Of a DNA stretch of 64,000 nt, positions 12,640 to 23,534 are shown in pieces. Positions within the stretch are counted from its first letter, which is position 1. Every line of letters begins with the position of its first letter. This stretch comes from the human T2T-CHM13v2.0 reference genome, Homo sapiens: assembly GCF_009914755.1 (NCBI RefSeq), contig NC_060932.1; one strand, written 5' to 3'. The position numbers and the translations under genes were made by a program. The notes beneath the pieces were generated by a model, which had not been told where the DNA came from, ran no database searches, and saw nothing but the letters and a program-made list of their open reading frames with translations.

Positions 12640-14755
12640 TAACTTAAATTAGCCAGTTACTATATACATTTCTTTTCAAATTTTATAACTTTTAACATTT
12701 CTCTACTTATTATGAATAAATTTATTATGTCAGTAATAGCATTATAATCTGGAAGTTTTCATTTTCTCAGAATATTTATGGAAGTATTTTTATCAAAGAA
12801 AAGGTTTCCTTTGACTACACATATGCTGTTTCCTGTTTTATGGCTAATCAATTCTCTAAGTTAATTTAATGAAAAGACCTATAAAATAACTTTATCAAAG
12901 TCCAAGTATTGAAATATATGTCAATTAAGAAGGAACTCATTGAACTTACGTAACGAGTTTCCTTATGATCTAAAATTATTATTTGAGTTATTTTAGCACT
13001 CTTCACCCAAAGCTCTAAAACCAACAGTGAATTATAACTGGGTAAGTAACAAAATGACTAAACATCATTTGCAAACACTGGACTGGATGCTGAGTTGAGT
13101 TACATAAAGTGTGAAATGCGTGATCCTACACTCCCTGTGAGGTATTTTATAAGGGGCTACAGTCTTAACACACCCCAGTGCAAACACCCAAACCACCAAT
13201 TCAACAACAACAAAAATCAAATCATACCAAAGTCAGTGAGAGACGAATCAACAGACTTTATGTAATATGGAGGCTGATAAGTCGAATTTTAAATATGTTT
13301 TTAGAATAAAGTGTTTTCTTTTAAGAGTCAGCAAGTGTTGCTTCTAGGGAAACAGGCATTTGCAAATCTTGATGAAGGTTGCTGTTTTCTGAAACTCTGC
13401 TCTAAATGCTTTCAGAAAGTGGTGAGAATATTTTCACAGGAGCTAACTTCTCTAGTGAAAAATGGGATGAAGGTTTTTATTCGTTTTGTCGTGAAGATCA
13501 ATGTAGGTAGCAAGGCTTTCATGAATTCTAATAGCCCTGACGGAAGTCATCTGACACCAAGAATGCACATTTATTTTAAAAGAGAAACTCATTTCAAAGT
13601 ATGTCTTTTTATTTTTTATTCTATTTTTAGTTTTTGTTGTTTCCTTCTTAAACAAGTGCCTTGGGCTCAATATCTGAGCATTCTCTTATGGGAGAGTTGG
13701 TAAAGGGGTGTCAAGGTGTGGTGTGTGGCTGCTTCTGGAGCTCCTGATGACAATCATGGGCCATGGCACGTTGGGAACAGCATGAATCCAAGTATGTTTG
13801 TGTGTGTGAGCTGGTGGGGGTACAAGAAGGGGTTAAAAAAGAAAAGCCAAATTATAAAGAACAATGTTATTATAAGTCCAGATGAATTTTGCCATAAACA
13901 ACATTGAATACTTTGGAATTGTGGCCTTCCTCAGAACCAGTGAGGAAACGCATGGTGTTTTGGCATCTTCAATGGAAAAGCAGCAAATCAGAAGTTTGCA
14001 GATATTTAGAATCTCCCAGTTTCCATTTATTCCAGACCTCCAGTGTTGGTGGTGAAAATAGTGTGGCAGTATACCTGGAGCCTCAGCACCAGTGGTAGTT
14101 GTGGTAGCTGAGTTCTGCTAATGAGGACAATGTACAAGGCAGCTGGACTAAGCCCTGAGGTTGAGTGTTCTAATGTTTTTATAATGTTGCAGAAAGGATC
14201 TGAAAATGGAGGAATGAACTGCACACTAACCTCACCTGTGGGGCTCAGAAGCACTTTATTTCAAATATTAAATGAAATGCAGCCTTATTTTTGTATCTCA
14301 ATCTGGTGAGATGCCTCAAATTTGATAGGCATACCAACCAATGTTTATGGATTCTACTTATCAAAATTAGGTTCCTTAGAATTATTAGCCTAAGATGCAA
14401 TTAATTTAAATTTATTCAAATAAAAGACAATTTCTGAAAGTGTCTTGCAAGCTGAGAGAAGAGAGCCAGTAAAGGCGTGGAGGCAGAAGTGCATCAGCCA
14501 CAGCAGGTGGTACAGGTGGTGGGTGTGGGGGCGGTAAGGGGAACTGAAGCCTGATTCTGGAAGAGCTTATGTAATACAGCTGGGTGTGTGTACAGGCTAA
14601 ATTTAAGTGCTCATAAAAGAATCTTGGATTTGGAGGTGTCATGATAAAAGTTATAAAACCCCCATATCCTAAAGATAAAAATCTTTAGGATAAATCATCT
14701 AGCTAGTGATATGTAAAACTGCAGTGAGGAGAAAGGAAACATAAATAATAATACT

Positions 14756-14915
14756 GTACTTTTCTTAGATTTATGTTACAAAAAGGTGATGTCTATTGAC
14801 AGTAGTAATATTGGTATGTGTGTATATATATATATGGTACTTTTCTTAGATTTATGTTACAAAAAGTTGATATCTATTGACAGTAGTAATATTAGTGTGT
14901 GTGTGTATATATATG
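14756..14915. repeat. Two-copy tandem duplication, ~81-bp unit
   Basis: GTACTTTTCTTAGATTTATGTTACAAAAAG..GA..TCTATTGACAGTAGTAATATT..(TG)n(TA)n starts at both 14756 and 14837. Confidence 0.95.
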
Positions 14916-15106
14916 GTGGTGAGCTGGGAGCTGGCCTCACTCTTGCAGCTGGCCTGTGGTGTTGAACAGAAGAAATTTCACATGACACATTAGACAACAG
15001 CACTCCAAACTGTCATGCAGCAGAGCAAACAATACCCGCCTCACAGTGCTGCCTAAAAACATGTAAACAAGGAGAGTGCAAACTAGAGAAATGACTAAAC
15101 ACTACT

Positions 15107-15452
15107 GGCTTAGTCAGTTTGACTAATACCTCAAACAGGGTGATTTATATATGGCAGATATTTATTTCTTATAGTTCTGGAGGCTCTAAAGTCCAAGATC
15201 AGGGTGCCAGCAGATTTGGTGCCTGGTAAGGGCCTACTTCCTCTTAGATTTTGTCTCCTAGTTGTGTCCACATGGCAGAAGGGGTGAGAGGGGTCTCTGG
15301 GGCCTCTTTTATGAGGGCACTAGTGCCATTCAGGAGGGCTCTGCCCTAATGACTTAGTTACCTCCCAAAGCCCCTACCTCCTGTGCCATCACTTTAGCAA
15401 TTAGAGTTCAGCGTATGAATTTTGAAGAGACACAAACATTCAGACGATAGCA
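15107..15452 (-). mobile_element. MLT1A-type solo LTR (MaLR)
   Basis: TTTATTTCTTATAGTTCTGGAGGC..AAGTCCAAGATCAGGGTGCCAGCAGAT...GACACAAACATTCAGACGATAGCA. Confidence 0.85.
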
Positions 15453-15544
15453 ACCCTATTCTGAGCTATTATAAACAATAGGTACTTCTTTACCAAGTCC
15501 ATGTTTAATCCCACTCCATGCCTTCCACCTTTTAGATAAAAATT

Positions 15545-15792
15545 GTATGGATAACTTATTATAGAAACCCTCTACAGAGAGCACCCTATCTAGAGCAAAA
15601 CAATGATTCCTTGATTCTTCACTCTAATCCTCTAATTTCAAACCCAATTCTATAACAAGCCCTTCCTAATGGGCTTGACACCCCATGGTTTCTGATCATG
15701 TGAAATCTCTGTTGTTGCATCAGCTACTGATAAACAGAAGTCTGTTCAACTACAGAAGTGTCCTTAAGACCTTGGCTGGCCAGCACTGGCAA
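15545..15792 (+). mobile_element. Old ERVL-class LTR 3' part (MER54/73/74-like)
   Basis: 3' end resembles ATAAAC...TGTTCAACTACAG..GTGT..CTTGGCTGG..GCA.TG.CA. Family assignment uncertain. Confidence 0.4.
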
Positions 15793-16091
15793 TAGTAACA
15801 TTCTAAAAAGAGGTTAGGCATTGTCCCCACAGTCTGTTACTTCTACAAATGCCATGAGGAGCTACTACCATTTATTGAGAGCCTATAAAATGTAATGAGT
15901 TTGAAAAAGTGCTTAAGAATTGTTACATTTAACATGTAAGTCATAACATCACAGGAAATTGTTTTCAGTGCTTTGTATATCATAACACATTTACTCCCAC
16001 CACACTCCTATGAAGTAGGTATTTTACATTTTATAGAGGAAAACATATTAACTAATTTCATCCTATTCAACAGCTCTGTGAGGATAATATT

Positions 16092-16360
16092 GTGTTTTTG
16101 TTGTTGTTGTTGTTGTTTTGAGATGGAGTCTCGCCCAGGCTGGAGTGCAATGGCCATCTTGGCTCACTGCAATCTCCCAGGTTCAAGCCATTCTCCTGCC
16201 TCAGCCTCCCGAGTAGCTGGGATTACCGGGGCCTGCCACCACGCCCAGCTAATTTTTGTATTTTTAGAAGAGACAGGGTTTCACCATGTTGGTCAGGCTG
16301 GTCTCACACTCCTGACCTCAGGTGATCCACCCGCCTCGGCTTCCCAAAGTGCTGGATTAC
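16092..16360 (-). mobile_element. AluS, slightly 5'-truncated, (TTG)n tail, two small internal deletions
   Basis: (TTG)n then GAGATGGAGTCTCGCCCAGGCTGGAGTGC...CCCAAAGTGCTGGATTAC. Confidence 0.93.
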
Positions 16361-17609
16361 TAGGGAGTAAGTTCACTAGGCAGAAAGGTATGACTGAAAA
16401 TCCCATTCTTTGGATCTTCAAAACTCACATTTACTCATTTAAATTTCCCTCTCTGTTTATGTTTGGGTTCAACTCAATGACCTAGTTACTTCTACCTATT
16501 GTCATTTAAAAAATTATGCACCACACCTAAGGCTTGAAAGAACAGGAAAAGGAAAATTTGTTGTGAGAAATCACACTACTCACTGACACCAGCATGGAGT
16601 CTAAATCCAAAGCAGAATTCAACTGATAGCCAAATGCTGAAAATAGGTGAACTTGAGTTTCCTGGACTATCACTCAGTAACATAATTAATAAGGCTATTT
16701 GGTGATCATTTTGGTATTTTTGTGTTTAGAGAAGTTGCTGCAACAAATATACAAAATAACTTCCCAAATTTATATGTAAATCACAGATGACTGGATGGAA
16801 GACCATATTGGTTTTAAAGGTTATTATAAAAGTGTCACAAAGAAACATTGCTCTTAATGTGTTACCCATATTTTCTTCTTGCTTTATAAGTTGTACAGTC
16901 TCTTCATTATTCTTGAAGCATTCTTGAAGCACTATCAGCAACACATGTCAGGTTTCAGCTAAAATCAAATTTATAGAAAGCCTCAGTGAGCATAAGATAT
17001 TTAAGAAGGAAGCCATTCAACAACATGTCTTATCAAGGGGCACAGGGCAGATTCCTGGCTGAGTTCCCATTTTAAAAGGATGGGAGAGTTCCCCGTATGT
17101 TCTGAAGGTTGTTTAGTGTGTAAATTTCAATGTTCCCAACAGAGGGAGCTAGAGATTTTCCTCAGATGAAGAGTGAGCTAGGATTTTTGGATGTTTTAGC
17201 ATAAGGGATTTTTTTTCTTACATTAGTTGACATTTGCTCAAAGACTTCTCTCAAGCTTGTGTACATGGGTAAGATACATTAGACCTGAAGATTGGTATCT
17301 TTGGTAAGCACATTTGAATGATCAGTGTGTACTTTTCCATATTGGTATTTTTCTTTCTCACAAGAATTTAACTATCTTCATGGATTATGAATGTTAATGT
17401 TTGATTATTATTCATTTTATAAATAAGGGTAGGAGCATAAAAGAGACATATATTTTTTCATTTTCCAATACTTCTGTTAACAATCTTTTTCCAGGGATCT
17501 TTCTGCAACTTTTAACACTGTTTATTATTTTTTCAAATCAGAAAATAAATTTTAAAAAGAAGTTCTGAGATGTAATATAGAGTGTTCTCATTTGTTTTTT
17601 TGAGAAGGC

Positions 17610-18093
17610 TATATTCTCAGGAACAATCTTCTGGTACCACCTGCTCTTCTAGAATGTGACCTTGCCACTTCCCCATGCGCTTGGACCAGGCAGACCTGCT
17701 CCTGTTTCAGCCAACACAGTATGGTGAAAGTTATCTGGGTGATTTTCAAGGCTGTCAGAAAAGGCCATGCAGCTCCCAATTGATTTTCCTGAGGCCTTGA
17801 CAGCAGAGTGAGATGTCCTTTGTCATGCCGGAGGGTCCACAGGGAGGTGCTGATGGACATCACTGTTGTTTCCCAGAAGCCATCAGCTCTGTGAGGGAGT
17901 CACCGCTTGCCCTCAGGACCAGCCTTCTGCCAACCGAGTTCCAGGCGTGGTATCAGCATCCAAGAGGAGCAATGGAGCAGCCAGCTGATTCTGCCAGACT
18001 CCTGAGCTTCTGGATCCATGAGCATAGTAAAATGCTTGCTGTCTGACACCACTAAGTTTGAGGTAATTTGTTACACAGCAGCAAGAACTGAAA
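17610..18093 (+). mobile_element. MLT1G-like solo LTR (MaLR)
   Basis: AATGTGACCTTGCCACT at the start and typical MLT1 3' end CCACTAAGTTTGAGGTAATTTGTTACACAGCA. Confidence 0.75.
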
Positions 18094-18413
18094 ATGTTTG
18101 CTCATGAAATTAGCAAAAGGTTTTAAAATAATGATATTTAGCCTTCATTGGAGTGCACATTGCATCCGTTCAGCCTTGATGAAAAATAACTTCATAATGC
18201 ATTAAGGGTCTTAAAACCTCCAGACTTTTTGACTCTGTGGCACTATCCCAAGGATATGATCAAATAATGTGTACATTATTAATGCCTATATTATTTATGA
18301 TAATGGTAGTGGCATATAAACTCTTCAACATTAAGTAAATTATTCAACAATTTTATTCAATTAAGTCATAAACTTATTAATTTGTACTATTTAAGAGTTT
18401 TTAATAGCATGGG

Positions 18414-18882
18414 TGTGAATGACTGTCCAACCATGAAACAGAAGCTACTCCATGTATTTGAACACAGTTAAGACACAGGGAAATTTATAGAGAATTAGTT
18501 TCACTGGTAACGTAAGAAGTGAGAAGCCAAGCAGGGGATGCAGAGCTCAGCAACCTCACGCTGAAGTGACATAGGAAAGAGTCCCTGTCACCAGCACCCA
18601 GGATTGGGGTTACCTAGCAAAAATCAGGAACACAGCAGGCCTGTCAGAAGGATTTGCAGGCACAGAGGGCACTCTCACATGGCAGGTTTTGCCATCTGTG
18701 ACAGCAACAGAGAAAGGAGACATGGCCTGGATTCTCTCAGCCCTTATCCTCCATTCAAACTCACCTAGAATCTTACTGACCTAGGAGACAAGCAAGCACG
18801 GGACTCAAAATAAGCCCTCAGAGGTGCATAGCAGGGCGGCAGAAGGACAAGCAAAGTCTAAGGAAAGAAGCCTAGGACCAGC
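18414..18882 (-). mobile_element. Old ERVL LTR (LTR33-like)
   Basis: Purine-rich LTR-like segment starting TGTCCAACCATGAAACAGAAGCTACTCC, resembling LTR33 read antisense. Weak. Confidence 0.4.
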
Positions 18883-19169
18883 AATACAAAGTGAATGCAA
18901 AAAATAGAGTGAATGCTTGAAGGCAGGCTGTAACGCGCACACCTGGACACTTGCTTTCACGTGCCTGTAAGATGATTGGAGAACAGAACTCTAAATGGTG
19001 GATTATTCAAAAGTGATTTAACTCTATGGTAACTTTAACTTTGCAAGTTTGACTTCCAAAATCTTAACATAATTGTTGATATTGGTGAACTTTGTTTCAT
19101 AAGGCAAGATTTCACTAGACCAATTAATTTTTTATAAATTCTCATCACAGAAAAAAAGACAAAATTTTA

Positions 19170-19596
19170 ACTTAAAAATATATTGTTGACACATAATAAT
19201 TGTATATATCTATGGGGTAAAATGTGACATGTTGATACATGCATGCATTGTGTAATTATCAACTTTAGGTAATTAACATATCCATCAGCTTAAAATAATC
19301 ATTTCTTTGTGATGAGAACATTCAAAACCTCTCTTCTAGCTATTTTGAAATACATAATGCATTAGTTTTAACTCTAGTCATCCTACGATGCAATAGAATG
19401 ACAGAACTTATTCCTCCTTGTCAACAGTACCTTTGGACCCATTGACTAATCTCTTCCCCACTCCACTCTCCCCTCCCTTTCCCATCCTCTGGTAACCACT
19501 ATTCTACTCTCTACTTCTATGAGACCAACTTTTAGATTCCACATATGAGTGGGATCATGCAGTGTTTGTCTTTCTGTTCCTGGATTATTTCACTCT
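19170..19596 (-). mobile_element. L1MA 3' end
   Basis: CATTTCTTTGTGATGAGAACATT, CTCTGGTAACCACTATTCTACTCTCTACTTCTATGAG, TTAGATTCCACATATGAGTG: classic L1MA 3'UTR read antisense. Confidence 0.88.
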
Positions 19597-19610
19597 CAGT
19601 AGTGGCTCTC

Positions 19611-20009
19611 CACTCCTAGAAGCCTCTTTCCACTCCTAGAGGTCACCCTTCACTCCTAGAGGTCGCTCTCCACACTAGAGGACACCTTCCACTCCTAGAG
19701 GTTGCCCTTCACTCCTAGAGGTCACTCTCCACTCCTACAGGCCAACTTCCACTCCTAGAGGCAACTTTTCATTCCCAGGGATTACCCTCCACTACCAGAG
19801 GTCACTCTCCACTTCTGAAGGCCACCCTCCACTCTTAGAGGCCAGCATTCATTTCTGGAGGCCACCCTCCACTCTTAGAGGCGACGCTTCACTTCTGGAG
19901 GCTACCCTCCACTCTTAGAGGCTGCTCTTCACTCTTAGAGGCCACTGTTCACTCCTGGAGGCCACTCTCCATTCTTAGAGTCTGCCCTCCACTCCAAGAG
20001 GTTGCCCTT
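19611..20009. repeat. Minisatellite: 20 copies of a 20-bp unit (consensus CACTCCTAGAGGCCACCCTC)
   Basis: Units counted by eye from 19611 to 20009. All are 20 bp except one 19-bp unit (19671-19689). The first 12 bp are conserved, the last 8 bp variable. Confidence 0.95.
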
Positions 20010-20294
20010 CACACTTTGTGGCTTTTCTCAGCTACCAAAGGCTGCCCTTATTTCCTTGCCCCATAACTTTCTTAGCCATTACCAACCTCATTGAGCCAGC
20101 AAGAAAAATCTCCAGAATGAGAGTTCTACAAGACAGAGTCTTATATAGGAAGATAATTGTAAGAGTGACATCTCCTCACCTTTGCTATATTCTCTCGGTA
20201 GGAAGCATGCACTCAAAGAGAGTAGATCCTACAAAGGTGTGAACACTGGGAACTGTGGATCATTCAGGGGTTGACTTAGAGTCTGTCTGTAATA
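20010..20294 (-). mobile_element. MLT1E-type LTR fragment
   Basis: CTCAGCTACCAAAGGCTGCCC..TTCCTTGCC..GCCAGCAAG..GAGTGACATCTCCTCACCTTTGCTATATTCT..CTTAGAGTCTGTCT. Confidence 0.75.
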
Positions 20295-20578
20295 GATCCC
20301 GTGGGTAAGATCTACATACACTATTTATGGCACAACTGTATAGCTAAAAAGGAAATATGTTCAAAATAGGTGGTCCTGAAAATAGAAAACCATAAGTAAG
20401 AACTTTTAAATATTTTGTCCCATGGCCCAAATGAACATCCCTCAGAACCACATTAACTTAGAGTTAGTTTTCAGGAGGGTATTCTTAATTATAGCAGTAA
20501 TCTAAAATAAATAACTGGCAGATAAAACAGAAACAAGTACCCCTCAGCAAAATCCAACATTATTCCTCTCTCTCTCTC

Positions 20579-20870
<292 letters not shown>

Positions 20871-21069
20871 TATTATTTCTCTTTTGACACACAGATATAT
20901 TCCAAAGTATATGTAAGCATCTGTATAATTGCTATAACAATTTCACAGTTATTTATTATGAAGTTAATGTTAATTAATTTATTCTGCTGTACATATCTAC
21001 ATGATGCATCCACGAAGGGAAGAAAAACAATTATCACACCAACCTTGACCACTTATTATTTTAATTTTG

Positions 21070-21310
21070 TCATTGATTTTACTTTTTAGAGCAGTTGTAG
21101 ACGCACAGCAAAATTAGGAGGAAGATGCAGAGTTCTCACGTCTCCAGCCCCACATGTGCACAGCCTTTCCCATCATCAACTTCTCCCACAAAGGGGTCAC
21201 ATTTGTCCCAGTCAATGTAACACATCATTATTACCCAGAGGCTGTAGTTTACATTTGAATTCACTCTTGGTGTTGTACATCCTATGGGTTTGGAGAAATG
21301 TACAATGCAT
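21070..21310 (-). mobile_element. L1MC/MD-type 3'UTR fragment
   Basis: TTTTTAGAGCAGTT..CACAGCAAAATT..TCACTCTTGGTGTTGTACATCCTATGGGTTTGG. Confidence 0.75.
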
Positions 21311-22181
21311 AATGACAGTGTATAAAATCATATGTTGACTTTTTCTTAGGAAAAAATATCCGTAAAATGAATGTAGAAACTAAAAGGAAATGCTTTTGAC
21401 CTAGTATTATTATTATTTGCTTGCTTTCGACCCTTGAAAGAGAAAACACAATGTCAGGATCTTGAAAAAAATTGGCAGCTAAGAAGGTTGTGTCCTTGGA
21501 ACAGGAAGTAAACATTTATGAGGGACAAAATAAAGGATAGTTATTTTTGTTATTTATACTTTATCCCTGGAAATCAATCTATCATGTGTTTCATTTCTTC
21601 TTTGTCTCTCCTTTTGTTTATTTGACAAGTGTTCATTTTTTTGCTGGTTGGTTGGTTATTGTCATTTTTGCTGTTAGAATTGTAAATGCATACAATTTTA
21701 ATATTATATATATGTATATACATGTATGTGTGTGTGCGTGTGCATGCACGTCCGTGTATTCAAATGTTGGTAGAGTCACCTTAAAAGAAGGGGGGTTGTG
21801 TTATCCAAGCTAATAAAATTGAGAAACACAACTGAGTTTCTTGTATTTTTTTAATTGGGGAGATTTTGGTGATTTCCTTGTTAGTATTACTCATTATTAA
21901 AAACATCAGCAAAATCGGTACCCATCCAGAAATATGAGTTGCTTTCTGTGTTCATAAATATTTATAACATCAAAACACTCAGGAAGAAACAGAGAACATT
22001 TTGCAAAATGAAAAGAGTGGACAAGTATAATCTTTTGCTGAAGAAATTAGAAATAACGGTAAATGACCGGAATGGAAATATCTGAAAGTTCTTGTTAGAA
22101 AATTCCACTTGCCCCATCTCCCAACCAGCCATACTGTATTGTGGTCAAATATGTATGTATTCTGAATTGAATAACCAATAT

Positions 22182-23474
22182 TGAGAGGTGACAATGCGCT
22201 AGCAGCCCTAGCTCACTCTCGGCGCCTCCTCGGCCTCTGCGTCCACCCTGACCACACTTGAGGAGCTCTTCAGCCCACCACTGTGCTGTGGGGGCCCCTC
22301 TCTGGGGCTAGCTGAGGCCGGAGTGGCTCCCTCTGCTCCCAGGAAGGTGTGGAGGGAGAGGCGCGGGCACGGCGCTCGCGGGTGATCGAGGAAGACCTCC
22401 ATCTGGGCTGCCGGAGTGCCCGCGCTGGGTGCCTCAAAGTCCCCCAGCAAGTACCAGTGAGAGGTGAAGCCGACTGGGCTTCTGGGATGGGTGGGGACTT
22501 GGATAAATTTTCTGTCTAGCTAAAGGATTGTAATGCACCAATCAGCACTCTGTGTCTAGCTAAAGGTTTGTAACCTCACCAATCAGCACTCTGTGTCTAG
22601 CAAATTGGGTAAGGGACTTGGAGAACTTTTGTGTCTAGCTAAAGGATTGTGAATGCACCAATCAGTGCTCTGTGTCTAGGAAAAGGTTTGTAAATGCACC
22701 AATCAGCACTCTGTGTCTAGCTAATCAGGTAGGGTACTTGGAGAACTTTTGTGTCTACCTAAAGGATTGTAAATGCACCAATCAGTGCTCTATGTCTAGC
22801 TAAAGGTTTGTAAACACACCCATTACTCTGTCAAAACAGACCAATCAGCTCTCTGTAAAATGGACCAATCAGCTCTCTGTAAAATGGACCAGTCAGTAGG
22901 ATGTGGGTGGGGCCAGATAAGGGAATAAAAGCAGGCCACTCGAGCAAGCAGTGGCAATTCTCTCGGTTCCACTTGTACAGTGTGGAAGCTTTGTTCTTTC
23001 TCTCTTTGCAATACATCTTGCTGCTCCTCTCTTTGGGTCCGCGCTGCTTTTATGAGCTGTAACACTCACTGTGAAGGTCTGCAGTTTCACTCCTGAAGCC
23101 AGCGAGACTAGGAATCCACTGGCAGGAATGAACAACTCGTGAGGCGCCACCTTTATGAACTGTTCAACACTCACCACAAAGGTCTGCAGCTGCAGTCCTG
23201 AAGCCAGCGAGACCACGAACCCACCAGGAGGAAAAAACACCTCCGGATGCGCCGCCTTTAAGAGCTGTTACACTGACTGCGGAGGTCTGCGGCTTCACTC
23301 CTGAAGTGAGCGAGACCACAAACCCACCAGAAGGAAGAAACTCCGGACACGTCCTAACATCAGAAGGAACAAACTCTGGGCACACTATCTTTAAGAACTG
23401 TAACACTCACCACGAAGGTCCGTGGCTTCATTCTTGAAGTCAGTGAGACCAAGAACCCACTAATTGCGGACATA
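22182..23474 (+). mobile_element. LTR12 (ERV9/HERV9) solo LTR, LTR12B-like 5' end
   Basis: Starts TGAGAGGTGACAATGCGCTAGCAGCCC. Tandem GCACCAATCAGCACTCTGTGTCTAGCTAAAGG U3 repeats and GAAGCCAGCGAGACCACGAACCCACC U5 repeats. Ends AAGAACCCACTAATTGCGGACATA. Confidence 0.95.
22490..22930 (+). promoter_or_regulatory. LTR12 U3 enhancer/promoter: CCAAT array, GC/GT box, GATA site, TATA-like AATAAAA
   Basis: Seven plus-strand CCAAT motifs at 22538-22869, then GTGGGTGGGGCC, AGATAA and AATAAAA (~22924). LTR12 promoters are known to use NF-Y. Activity of this copy is unknown. Confidence 0.6.
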
Positions 23475-23493
23475 GTACGGTTTGAAAGTGAAT

Positions 23494-23495
<2 letters not shown>

Positions 23496-23531
<36 letters not shown>
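23496..23531 (+). repeat. (GT)n microsatellite, ~18 units
   Basis: Read directly. Confidence 0.97.

Positions 23532-23534
<3 letters not shown>

Noticed and set aside
13311-13703. 130-aa ORF in apparently unique sequence
   Set aside because: GTG start, F/L/K-rich composition typical of AT-rich non-coding DNA, no recognisable domain or exon structure.
15973-16485. Longest ORF (170 aa) and other Alu-overlapping ORFs (12288, 20622, 32571, 34716, 44277, 51296, 53193, 61418)
   Set aside because: They translate to typical antisense-Alu peptides ([28 protein letters not shown]) and are not genes.
19611-20009. CRISPR-like look of constant head plus variable tail
   Set aside because: The variable part is only 8 bp and clearly homologous between units, there are no cas genes, and the DNA is primate. 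It is a minisatellite.
22208-23406. Cluster of minus-strand ORFs with repeated peptides (WSILQRAD, GPFYRELI)
   Set aside because: These are translations of LTR12 internal tandem repeats.
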